49,903 bases of DNA from a virus (lineage: Duplodnaviria; Caudoviricetes). The notes under the pieces were generated by a model. That model had not been told where the DNA came from and did no database searches. It saw only the letters and a list, made by a program, of their open reading frames with translations. The position numbers were made by a program, and so were the translations under genes. Shown piece by piece: positions 24,379-33,591 of this stretch. The stretch covers positions 1 through 49,903 of IMG/VR virus record IMGVR_UViG_3300017780_002852. The stretch is one strand, 5' to 3'. Every line of letters starts with the position of its first letter. Positions within the stretch are counted from its first letter, which is position 1.

Positions 24379-26600
24379 TCACGGAAGCCTCCCCGCTTAC
24401 GTACCCCGAAGACACGTCACTCGATGAGGATAACTGCCTCCTGTTTGCCAAGGGTAATCGTACCCGCAGGCTGGGCGCAGACTATGAAGATAACCACACG
24501 TTGTCTTCGTTCCAAATCCCTTCCATGGCTACTGCTCCGATTTCCGAGTTCTCGTGGACTTCGGTAAACAACAATGCCTTGATCAACTTCCTGTGCCTTC
24601 AGGTCTCGGGAACAATCTACTTCTTCGACCTTTACGCCAACCCCATCTCTGGGGCGATGAAAGGTTTCACCATTGACCTGACGGCCTACGCGGCTCCGGG
24701 TGCGACTACTGTTAGTGAAAGCCCGTGTCAGATGGCCTCTGGCAAGGGCTATCTTTTTATCGCGGGTGAGAAACTCAAGCCCCTGCTGGTTGAGTACAAC
24801 GAGCTGCTGGACACGATCACGGTAGAGACAATCACGATCTCCATTCGTGACTTCGAGGGTGTTGACGACGACATGGCGGCTGATGAAGAGCCTGCTTCGC
24901 TCTCTGCCTTGCACCACTACAACCTTCGTAACCAAGGCTGGGTTGCTACGGACTCCTCTTCTGGTATGGTCTCGGTGTCGCTATACGGCAAGTACAAAGC
25001 TGTGCCGGGCGTCTCGACGGCTACTGACCCCATCCAAGAGTACAAGTTCTCGATTGGTCGCTACCCGGGAAACAACAAGCAATGGTTCCTCGGCAAGACT
25101 GCTGTAGAGGAGGGGGCCTATAACATTGGGGACTTCAACCCAGTACTGCTAAACAAGGCGCATGTTGGTAACAGCCGCGCTCCTCGCGGCCACTACATCG
25201 TCAACGCCTTCAATATCGACCGGGCAGCTGTTTCAAACATCTCGGGTATCCCCCCTGATGTTAAGACCTACGGTCCCTCGTCTGTCGCCTTCTTTTCGGG
25301 CCGGGCTTGGTGGTTCTCCCGTAACGGCGTGTACTTCTCCCAGATCATGACTGACAAGGGGAAGGTGGGTCAATGCTTCCAAGAGGCTGACCCCACGTCT
25401 GAGGAAATCTCGGAGCTGATTGCTACTGACGGTGGTTACATTCCTATCCCTGCTGCTGATGAAATCCTTCGGGGTATCGAGATTGGCAACGGCATCATGG
25501 TCTTTGCACGCAACGGCGTCTGGCTTGTGTCTGGTACTGACAAGGGTTTCTCGGCTCTGGAATATCAAGTCACAAAGGTCTCCACAATTGGCACGGACTC
25601 TCCCCTGTCCATCGTGGCTGCGGACGCCACGATCTATTGGTGGTCCAAGGTTGGCATCCAGCAGATCACCCAGAAGACCGGGTCCTTCGGTCCTATCCCG
25701 GGTGCATATGAGTCCACCAACATCTCGCAGCAGACGGTTGACACCTTGTTCAAGGAAGTCAGCCCGGCTACGCGCAGGTACGTCAAGGGCATCTTTGACC
25801 CCGCCACCAACACAGTCTACTGGGCCTACAAGTCTGAGGACTTCGACCCCAACTACGGGTACAACAGGTTCCTCAACCTTGATCTCAAGCTTGGGGCGTT
25901 CTATCCGTGGTCCCTCACTTCTGGGGCGTACCCCTTTGTGTGTGGGTTGTTCCTGACACCGGAACTCAACCTTGTCTCCAACTCTGAAGCGGTCACAGCC
26001 TCGGGCTCTACAGTTACAGCTGGCGGTGTTACGGTTACGGCGCAAGGCACAGAGCTTTCAGCCAAGCCCACCTTCCTCTACTTCGTGTCTGCTGTTTCGA
26101 CAGGCTCGGCTTACCGGTTCACCTTCGGCAACTTCTCCAACGATGAGTTCGTTGACTGGGAAACCTTTGACTCCTCTGGCGCTGTCTACGATAGCTTCGT
26201 GGAGTCGGGCTTCGAGATTCTGGAAGACGCCTTCAGGAAGAAACAGATCGTATACCTGTCTGTGTTCTTCAGACAGACAGAAGAGAACTTCATCCTGTCA
26301 GGAGATGACTATACGGTCGATAAGCCGTCGTCTTGCTTCCTGACTGTCAAGTGGGACTGGGCAACATCTGGTAACACAGGCAAGTGGTCTGAGGAACGAC
26401 AAGTCTACCGACACCGAAGAGTGCCATTTGTCAATCCTCTCGATCTCGCATTCAACACAGGAACCCGCGTTGTACACACAAAAAACAAAATCAGGGGGAC
26501 AGGCCGTGCAGTCCAATTCCGTCTCGGGACAAACGAACGTGGAAAGAACTTCGACCTACTCGGGTGGCAAGCCCTCTTCCAAGGTAACACTTCAGCTTAA
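24330..26600 (+). CDS. Tail tubular protein B / nozzle
   Basis: 756 aa beta-rich; FVKGLITEASPL-YP, AFFSGR, VYFSQ, DGG-I-I. Confidence 0.8.
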   Translation: MRSQATKLYRTFVKGLITEASPLTYPEDTSLDEDNCLLFAKGNRTRRLGADYEDNHTLSSFQIPSMATAPISEFSWTSVNNNALINFLCLQVSGTIYFFDLYANPISGAMKGFTIDLTAYAAPGATTVSESPCQMASGKGYLFIAGEKLKPLLVEYNELLDTITVETITISIRDFEGVDDDMAADEEPASLSALHHYNLRNQGWVATDSSSGMVSVSLYGKYKAVPGVSTATDPIQEYKFSIGRYPGNNKQWFLGKTAVEEGAYNIGDFNPVLLNKAHVGNSRAPRGHYIVNAFNIDRAAVSNISGIPPDVKTYGPSSVAFFSGRAWWFSRNGVYFSQIMTDKGKVGQCFQEADPTSEEISELIATDGGYIPIPAADEILRGIEIGNGIMVFARNGVWLVSGTDKGFSALEYQVTKVSTIGTDSPLSIVAADATIYWWSKVGIQQITQKTGSFGPIPGAYESTNISQQTVDTLFKEVSPATRRYVKGIFDPATNTVYWAYKSEDFDPNYGYNRFLNLDLKLGAFYPWSLTSGAYPFVCGLFLTPELNLVSNSEAVTASGSTVTAGGVTVTAQGTELSAKPTFLYFVSAVSTGSAYRFTFGNFSNDEFVDWETFDSSGAVYDSFVESGFEILEDAFRKKQIVYLSVFFRQTEENFILSGDDYTVDKPSSCFLTVKWDWATSGNTGKWSEERQVYRHRRVPFVNPLDLAFNTGTRVVHTKNKIRGTGRAVQFRLGTNERGKNFDLLGWQALFQGNTSA

Positions 26601-26883
26601 CACGGTTTACGAAGGGCCTGAAGGGCTCGTTCAAGTATACACGCTAGACGGTGTCCTCTGGATTGTCTCCGAGTTTTACCTCGACCTGACGAAGACCCAG
26701 AACATGGCAGACACAGCTCTGGTGGCTTACGAGGTCTTCAAGGCTCTGAAGAACAAAGGTGTTGAACGGGTGTATTGTCTGGCAGGAAGTCAGTCGGCGT
26801 TTGACTTCAACAGGACCCTAGGATGGGAGTCTGCTAACCACGTAATCAATGGAACACACGAAGTCATGGTAAAGGAACTATAA
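26428..26883 (+). CDS. GNAT-like small protein (T7 gp13-like position); start probably later than 26428
   Basis: LK-KGV-RVYC...F-RTLGW GNAT-type C-terminus; follows nozzle. Confidence 0.55.
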   Translation: MSILSISHSTQEPALYTQKTKSGGQAVQSNSVSGQTNVERTSTYSGGKPSSKVTLQLNTVYEGPEGLVQVYTLDGVLWIVSEFYLDLTKTQNMADTALVAYEVFKALKNKGVERVYCLAGSQSAFDFNRTLGWESANHVINGTHEVMVKEL

Positions 26884-26884
26884 G

Positions 26885-27367
26885 ATGGCAGACCCAGTTA
26901 CCCAAGGTATTCTGCTTGCAGTCACGGCGGCTAGCACTGTGGGTTCTGTGTACTCACAGACCAAGGCAGCTGGAGCAAGCCGTAGGGCAACGCAGGCTCA
27001 GCGTAGGCAAGAAGCTCTTGCTGCGGCTGTGCAACGCCGCCAGACAATCAAGGCTGGCCGTACAGCGCAAGCCCTAGCTCTCCAAGCTGGAGAGAACCAA
27101 GGCGTTGCTGGTCCCGGAAGCTCGGCGACTGGAGCCGCTATGGCTATTGGGACGCAGACAACCGCCAACCTGTCGTTCCTTGATAAGCAAGGGCAGCTCG
27201 CAGACTACGCAGGTAAGATGTTCGATAAGTCAGCCAAGTGGCAACAGACAGCGGCAATCTTCGGTGGTGCTGCGCAACTGGCCAGTGTTGGTTACGGAGT
27301 GGCACAGGAAGCTGCGGCCTCCAAAGCCCGCGATGAACTGCTCGCGAAAAATGGGATCAAAATTTAA
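26885..27367 (+). CDS. Internal virion (ejection) protein, small
   Basis: MADP start, Ala/Gln/Gly-rich helical protein; T7 gp14-like position. Confidence 0.7.
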   Translation: MADPVTQGILLAVTAASTVGSVYSQTKAAGASRRATQAQRRQEALAAAVQRRQTIKAGRTAQALALQAGENQGVAGPGSSATGAAMAIGTQTTANLSFLDKQGQLADYAGKMFDKSAKWQQTAAIFGGAAQLASVGYGVAQEAAASKARDELLAKNGIKI

Positions 27368-30300
27368 TGGTTAAGCCTGTCAGTGCTATGGACTTCATCC
27401 CGGTTGCGGGAGACGGTGGAAAGTATCCAGAAGCTATGGATGCTATGCCTATGCCTGTTGAGCAAACCACTCCGCTGGACGACGCGGCTGTAAGCAACCG
27501 GGCGACCAAGCACGCTATTGGCAAGCTCATGGACAGTGCCCCTGCTGATGGGGAAACACTCTTTGACCACTACGCCAACATGCGCAAGATGGCAGAGAAC
27601 ATTATCCGTATGGGTAACGAGACCCAGCTTCATAAGGAAGCCACTACCCGTGATCTGCTCCAACGCTCCACGTCTTACGCTGCGTTGGCTGCGGCTGATC
27701 GGTCAATCCCTGACGACGTGAAGTACGGCGCTCGTCTGGCTCTCCAGATGGCCCTGCAAGAGAATGCTATCAAGGCTTCGGCAGAAGCCACCCAGAAGAA
27801 GTACGTTGAGAATTTGCAAGGAGCTATTGCTTCTGGACGGTACGACGAAGCGTACATGATGTCCCGCCTGTGGGCTGACGGTGACGCGTACACGGGTGCT
27901 GTCAAGCGCCAAGAGCGTCGCGCCTTCATGCAAGACCTGATAGAAGAAGAGATTGCTGGTGAAGAGAACAGGTTCTGGCTCTTCAACATCACTGACGTTT
28001 TGAGCTACCTTATTCCTACTGCTACCTCGGCCTCTCAATCTGGCAACGTTGTTGGTAACGAGAAGATTGGTAATGACTCCTTCACAGACAACATCATGTC
28101 TGGAGAACGAATGAACCGAGAAGCCTCGGCTCTCTACCATATGCCGGACGCTGAGTTCTACAACGGTGGGGCCAAGAACTTCGTCAAGCAGGTCACAAAG
28201 AACACGACGGTTCTTGGTGGCCTCGGCAAGAACAACCTTATGCGTCAAAGCCTGTACGATATGTACACGCGCAGAACCCCGGGTGTCGATGAGACAAACG
28301 CTTGGGATGCCGTGGATGTCGTGCTTTCACCTCTGGCTGTCTTTGACGTTATCAACGGACTCAAGGTTTCTCGTTCTGCGCTCTCCATGCTTCGTGGAGC
28401 TGGTGCTCGTTCGATCAACTCCGGTCTTGTTACCAAGATCATGATTGACGCAGACAAGATTGGTCTTCCTGCTGCGGCTGCCAAGTACGGCGTGTCAACA
28501 GAAGATGTTGAGTCGGCTATGAAGTTCTCGGCTCTTGACCCGGCGGCTAACCCCCACAGCACAAGTGCTGCTGGAGAGATCATCACTGATCTGGACCGAG
28601 CTGAAGAAGCTGCTTACCGGTTGCTTGGTAACCCGCTGGCAACAGAGCGCCTGAATGAAGAAGAGGTTGCCCGGATCATCCCTCTCATTGAGAGCAAGAC
28701 AGCCAAGGACTTTGGCCGTCACGTTCACGATGTGCGCCTTGACACGATCCCTCTTGCCAACGGCTCCAAGGTCCTGAGCCCGACGGTTCGTCTCGGAACG
28801 ACGAAGAAGGGCCTCTTCATCTCTAAGGCTCAAGCTGAAGAACAGATTGCCAACATCGGTCTGGCTGACGCCAAGGTTGTTGACGTTGTTTCTGACAACG
28901 GCGTTCTCTACGCTATTGAGGGTAAGCTCCCGATCACCGAGAGCCAGTTCTACATTGCTCACGCTGCTGATGCAACCCGCCCCAAGAACTTCATTGAGCG
29001 GTTCCTCTATGGTTCCCGACAGACCTCGGCTGACACCAGCTACGGTCTTGCTGAAGTTGTGACGGCCAAGCGCCAACGTATCGTCACAGCCATCATGAAG
29101 ACTGTCGGCCCGTACTTCGATGCCCTCAACAGCAAAGAGCGCAAGATGCTCAAGGACATTCTTGTCCGTGCTGAGAGTGACCAGAAGTGGTATGACCACA
29201 TGGAGTTCTCTCTTCTGTGGGCCCGCCTGTCTGGCGTGGGTGACGACGTTCACGAGATCAAGGACATTTCCATTACGCTCGGCAACATCCCGTCTCCGGG
29301 GGGTGCTGCTGTCGATCCGGCATTCCTTGCTGAGAAAGCTTTCCTTGATCTCAAGGACAGGTCCGCTGCTATTGGTAAAAAGATTGATGATCTGGTCAAG
29401 GAGTCCGGAGCAGAGAGTGAAGCAGCCTTCTGGTCCAAGTACGCTGACGAAGACGCTGGCGCTCTTCACGATGAGCTGACTGCTGTCAACGCTGAGATTG
29501 CCAAAGGCCCTCAACCGGTAGAGACACCGGCACTTGACGCGTTCCTTGAGCCTCACACGTACAAGGCTCAACGGGCTATGGAGCCTACTAAGCCTCCGGC
29601 AGAAGGAATGGTGCGCGTGTACCACGGCGGCGTCCCTTCCCCGGGTGGACGTAGATGGGTGACTAGCAACCTAGATGATGCAAGAAACTGGGCCTCTAGA
29701 AACCCGGCTGGTCAAGAACCGTTTATGAAAGTTCTTTACACAGACTTGCCTGAAAATGATCCCCGTCTGTTTAACGGAGGATACGTTGACCAAGGGCCCA
29801 AGCAAGGCTTTACAGCTAGGTTTGAACTTGACGAAGCGGAGACAGCGACCCTTCAGCCACTAAAAGAAGGTGTATCTAACTTTCCTCCTGAGCATGAAGA
29901 CCTCTGGAAAGCTCTGGACAAAGCTGCTGATGATGCTCTTGCCGCTCAGGCAAGGGCTGGGGACGTTGCCAAGGCACGCACCCGTAAGGCTGCTGAGATG
30001 TCTAGGGCCCAAGAAGCTAGGGCTGCTACGCCTCATCTGGATCGTCTTACAGACATCTTCAGGGGGGGTGTGGCCATCTCCGAGATTGCCGCACGCCTTG
30101 ATGGCTCGCGTCTGGTTACCCCCAAGATTTACTCCTTGGCCTCCAAGGATGATCTGTTGATTCTGGCTAACGAGACTGCTCCTGTCGATCCTCGTTGGGG
30201 TACTCGTACTAACGGCATTCGTATTCTGGAACTCCCGGGTGGACGTTATTTTGCTTGGGCCGGTCACGAGGGATTTCATGAGGATGTGCTTGCCCAACTG

Positions 30301-33300
30301 AACACAGTTCTCAGGGATCGTGGGCTTCCTGAAGTTGCCAAGAGCGAAGTCAACAACATCTTTGTCAACGTGGCCCCTAATAAATCTGGGACCCCTAAGA
30401 TTGGTAAAGTTGAGGTTGCTGAACCCACGTGGACTGGACAGGACTACACTTGGGTCCACTCCAGAACCATGTCGTTTGGGGACTTCACCCGTAACTCCGA
30501 CAGCTACGCTACATCTGGGGCTGCTTTCAACAAGCGGGTCAAAGACGCAGAGCGTAAGGCTAACAAGTCTCTTAGCGATGCCATGACTGGTGGCGCTGCG
30601 ACGGAGCACTTCAGGGAAGCGGTGGATAACGGTCTCACACTCAGTGGCACCAACAAGCTTGTCAACGCTAACGGTGATGTGCTCCACACCAACCGCCAGA
30701 CAGTCATGAGCCGCCCGTTGGAGTATGATCCCTCCATGGATGGTCGTGTACCGGCTAAGGTTCGTGCTGCGTTCAATAAGATGATCGAACTCAACAACAT
30801 TGAGCACCTTCTCAGGAACGAGGAAGCGTATCTCCAGAAAGCTGTTCGGGGTATGCAGACCTTCTCGTTTGTTACGAGCAAGGGTGACGTTGTTGACATT
30901 GATGGTATCATCTACCGTGCTGGTAACATCCCGAGTGTCCCCTCGTCGCGTATCTACAACATCTCCGATGACCTTCACTATGTTGCCAAGACTGATGACA
31001 AGCTGAAGCCCGGTGTTGCCCTCCGTCTGTCTGACGCTGACATCAGCCGTATGATCAAGAAGGAAGGGTATGTTCTGGTCAAACTGGAGCAGCCTCAAGC
31101 CCTTCGTGGTAACATCACTGTACAGTGGTTCATCGGGAAGGCAAACGACTTTGAGGTCAAGCCTCTCAAGTTTGAGCAGATTGGCTACCGTGGTGGTGGT
31201 CACCGTGAATACGTGGACAAGTACTATGGCAAGCAAGCTCGTGTGGGTCGTCAAGGCGACACTGGCGAAACGTACCTGATGAACCCCTTCACTTTCATCG
31301 TGGGCACAAAAGCTCAGGTGGAGGAGTGGGCCAACGTCATGAACGAAGCTCGCCACATCATCAACAACGTTGAAGACACAGACCGTAGAGTTGAATTGCT
31401 TTCCAACCTCCTTGACAACAGACCGGGCTTCCCGTCTGGCGCTGAACTTGAGAACATGGTGAAAGCAAAACAGTTTGACCCTGCGTACCCGGTTGAAGCT
31501 GTGTACGACAGGGAGATGCCGACTGACCACGCCAAGCTGAAGTCCCAAGGTTGGGATGACATGGCTGACGAGGAACAGTCTGGATTGAACTCGTACTTCC
31601 AGACCCAAGGTCGTATGTACACCAGCCCTAAAGGTGAGCGCCTGCGTAACTGGGAAGGCCAAGACGCTTCGGTCATCGATCCGTTTGAAGCCATGAACAA
31701 ATCACTGAGCCAGATTGCTGGTCTCTCGTCTCTGTCGGACTACAAGCTCCGTGAAGTCGAGAAGTGGGTCAAGACCTTCGGTCAATACCTCGACACAACG
31801 GGATTGCCTGCTGACTCGTCGCCTATGCGTATCTTCCAAGAGTCGGTGTTCCGTAAAGATATGCCGGAAGCCATGAAGATCAAGAACTCGGCGGAAGCCC
31901 AACGAGATACCATCAAGCGCGTGCTTGGATGGCGCTCTGACGTTGACCGGGAGTTCGAGTTCATGGGCCGTCAACTCGTGGACTTTGTGTCTGGGGGCAA
32001 GCCCACCAAGTGGAACAAGAAGCTTAACCGCTCTCTCAACTGGGCCCTTGAGAAAGACCCGGTTGCCAAAGCACGTATGCTTGCCTTCCATATGAAGATG
32101 GGTCTGGGTAACGTTGCTCAGTTCTCGATGCAGATCACAACCATGCTGGCCGCTACGTCTATCGATGCCGTGGGTGGTATGCAAGGAATGTTCAACCTTG
32201 TCCCGATGATTGGCTACCTCGCCAAGTCGTCTGGTGACGAGTGGCTGGATATGTGGATCAAGATGGGGTGGCACAAAAACGTTGGCTTCGACAACCCGGC
32301 TGACTGGGTCGAGATGATGAAGGCTGCCAAGCAGTCTGGTCGTTTTGATATTGGTGGTGCTCACCAACTTATCAACTACAATGGTGTCGAAGCCGCTCAA
32401 GGTATCATTGGCAAGACAGGTAAGTTTCTCTCCAAGGGCTCCTTCTTCTTCAACGAAGCGGAACGCTGGAACCAGACGGTTGCTTGGACAATTGCTTGGC
32501 GCAGAGCCAAGAAGGCCGGACTGACTCCGGGCACTCCTAAGTTCAACGAAGTCCAGATGAGGCTTGCTGGCGACTTCTCGTTCAACATGAGTAAAGCTGG
32601 TGCTGCTGCTTGGCAACAGGGTTGGGCCTCTATCCCCACCCAGTTCCTCAGCTATCAGGCTCGCGTGCTTGAAGCTCTGCTGGGTAAGCAGTTCACCTTG
32701 ACTGAGAAACTCCGCCTCTTGCTGGGCCAAGGCATCATGTACGGCACAGCGGGTATCCCGTTTGCTGCATACATCTCTGAACAGATGCGTGGCAAGTCTG
32801 GGGATGCCCCGGAGATTGGTACGTGGGAAGGGCTGGTTGAACGTGGTATCATTGACACCATGATCTTCTCACTGACTGGTGAAGACACCCAGTTCTCAGA
32901 ACGAGCTGCGGTTGGTGGCTTTGTCACCGACACGTTCAGGGAGCTGATTGGCCAAAGCAAATATGGCAAGACATCGTTTGTCGATGTCATGGGTGGCCCA
33001 CTCTACGGTATCTCCAAGTCCATCTTCTTTGGGGAGACCGGTAAGCCGGGAACCTTCTGGGAAGTTGTCAGGTTCATGTCGGCGGAGTCCGGTGGAGACA
33101 CTGGCCTACCTCTGACCTCTGCGGCTGTCATCGATCTGGCCAAGAACATCTCGTCGTTCAACAACGCCTACAAGGCTTACATGGTGTGGAACTATGGCCA
33201 ATACGTCACCACGTCTGGTAAGGTTGCTCTTGACGACTTGCCGTCTACGGATGCTTTCGCTGTGTTCCTTGGTCTTGCCCCCGGTGAGTACAGGGACTAC

Positions 33301-33591
33301 GTGGCCAAGCAGGATTGGAGACGCAATCGCCAAGAGGTTGTCAACTCTGTTTCGAGTGCCATCTTGGAACTCCGCCAACGCAAATGGAGAGAGCCCGACG
33401 CAGGAGAAGAGATTGACTCCCAGATGGAAACCTTCAGGGCCCTCCACCCGGAAGACATCTGGATCGATGCGTGGAACATGGCCAACAGGTCACCGGCCAA
33501 CGAAGCGATCTACGATGGCCTTGCCCGTCGTTACGAAATTGAAAAGAACCAAGAGCGCATGGCGCTTGAAGCCAAAAGGGAAAAACAATAA
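27367..33591 (+). CDS. Large internal virion (ejection) protein, 2074 aa, with ART-like domain
   Basis: Size and position; C-terminal IPTQFLSYQAR and hydrophobic segments; VRVYHG...WVTS-A-WA at ~aa 749-775. Confidence 0.8.
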   Translation: MVKPVSAMDFIPVAGDGGKYPEAMDAMPMPVEQTTPLDDAAVSNRATKHAIGKLMDSAPADGETLFDHYANMRKMAENIIRMGNETQLHKEATTRDLLQRSTSYAALAAADRSIPDDVKYGARLALQMALQENAIKASAEATQKKYVENLQGAIASGRYDEAYMMSRLWADGDAYTGAVKRQERRAFMQDLIEEEIAGEENRFWLFNITDVLSYLIPTATSASQSGNVVGNEKIGNDSFTDNIMSGERMNREASALYHMPDAEFYNGGAKNFVKQVTKNTTVLGGLGKNNLMRQSLYDMYTRRTPGVDETNAWDAVDVVLSPLAVFDVINGLKVSRSALSMLRGAGARSINSGLVTKIMIDADKIGLPAAAAKYGVSTEDVESAMKFSALDPAANPHSTSAAGEIITDLDRAEEAAYRLLGNPLATERLNEEEVARIIPLIESKTAKDFGRHVHDVRLDTIPLANGSKVLSPTVRLGTTKKGLFISKAQAEEQIANIGLADAKVVDVVSDNGVLYAIEGKLPITESQFYIAHAADATRPKNFIERFLYGSRQTSADTSYGLAEVVTAKRQRIVTAIMKTVGPYFDALNSKERKMLKDILVRAESDQKWYDHMEFSLLWARLSGVGDDVHEIKDISITLGNIPSPGGAAVDPAFLAEKAFLDLKDRSAAIGKKIDDLVKESGAESEAAFWSKYADEDAGALHDELTAVNAEIAKGPQPVETPALDAFLEPHTYKAQRAMEPTKPPAEGMVRVYHGGVPSPGGRRWVTSNLDDARNWASRNPAGQEPFMKVLYTDLPENDPRLFNGGYVDQGPKQGFTARFELDEAETATLQPLKEGVSNFPPEHEDLWKALDKAADDALAAQARAGDVAKARTRKAAEMSRAQEARAATPHLDRLTDIFRGGVAISEIAARLDGSRLVTPKIYSLASKDDLLILANETAPVDPRWGTRTNGIRILELPGGRYFAWAGHEGFHEDVLAQLNTVLRDRGLPEVAKSEVNNIFVNVAPNKSGTPKIGKVEVAEPTWTGQDYTWVHSRTMSFGDFTRNSDSYATSGAAFNKRVKDAERKANKSLSDAMTGGAATEHFREAVDNGLTLSGTNKLVNANGDVLHTNRQTVMSRPLEYDPSMDGRVPAKVRAAFNKMIELNNIEHLLRNEEAYLQKAVRGMQTFSFVTSKGDVVDIDGIIYRAGNIPSVPSSRIYNISDDLHYVAKTDDKLKPGVALRLSDADISRMIKKEGYVLVKLEQPQALRGNITVQWFIGKANDFEVKPLKFEQIGYRGGGHREYVDKYYGKQARVGRQGDTGETYLMNPFTFIVGTKAQVEEWANVMNEARHIINNVEDTDRRVELLSNLLDNRPGFPSGAELENMVKAKQFDPAYPVEAVYDREMPTDHAKLKSQGWDDMADEEQSGLNSYFQTQGRMYTSPKGERLRNWEGQDASVIDPFEAMNKSLSQIAGLSSLSDYKLREVEKWVKTFGQYLDTTGLPADSSPMRIFQESVFRKDMPEAMKIKNSAEAQRDTIKRVLGWRSDVDREFEFMGRQLVDFVSGGKPTKWNKKLNRSLNWALEKDPVAKARMLAFHMKMGLGNVAQFSMQITTMLAATSIDAVGGMQGMFNLVPMIGYLAKSSGDEWLDMWIKMGWHKNVGFDNPADWVEMMKAAKQSGRFDIGGAHQLINYNGVEAAQGIIGKTGKFLSKGSFFFNEAERWNQTVAWTIAWRRAKKAGLTPGTPKFNEVQMRLAGDFSFNMSKAGAAAWQQGWASIPTQFLSYQARVLEALLGKQFTLTEKLRLLLGQGIMYGTAGIPFAAYISEQMRGKSGDAPEIGTWEGLVERGIIDTMIFSLTGEDTQFSERAAVGGFVTDTFRELIGQSKYGKTSFVDVMGGPLYGISKSIFFGETGKPGTFWEVVRFMSAESGGDTGLPLTSAAVIDLAKNISSFNNAYKAYMVWNYGQYVTTSGKVALDDLPSTDAFAVFLGLAPGEYRDYVAKQDWRRNRQEVVNSVSSAILELRQRKWREPDAGEEIDSQMETFRALHPEDIWIDAWNMANRSPANEAIYDGLARRYEIEKNQERMALEAKREKQ

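Noticed and set aside
29860-31662. 600-aa minus-strand ORF and other long antisense ORFs (e.g. 19763-20929, 15409-16449, 47724-48794, 3179-4189)
   Set aside because: Shadows of codon-biased genes on the opposite strand; no RBS or motifs recognised
27367-33591. Virion RNA polymerase (N4- or crAss-like) suggested by size
   Set aside because: No DxDxD or T7-type RNAP motifs recognised; VDIDG alone is insufficient
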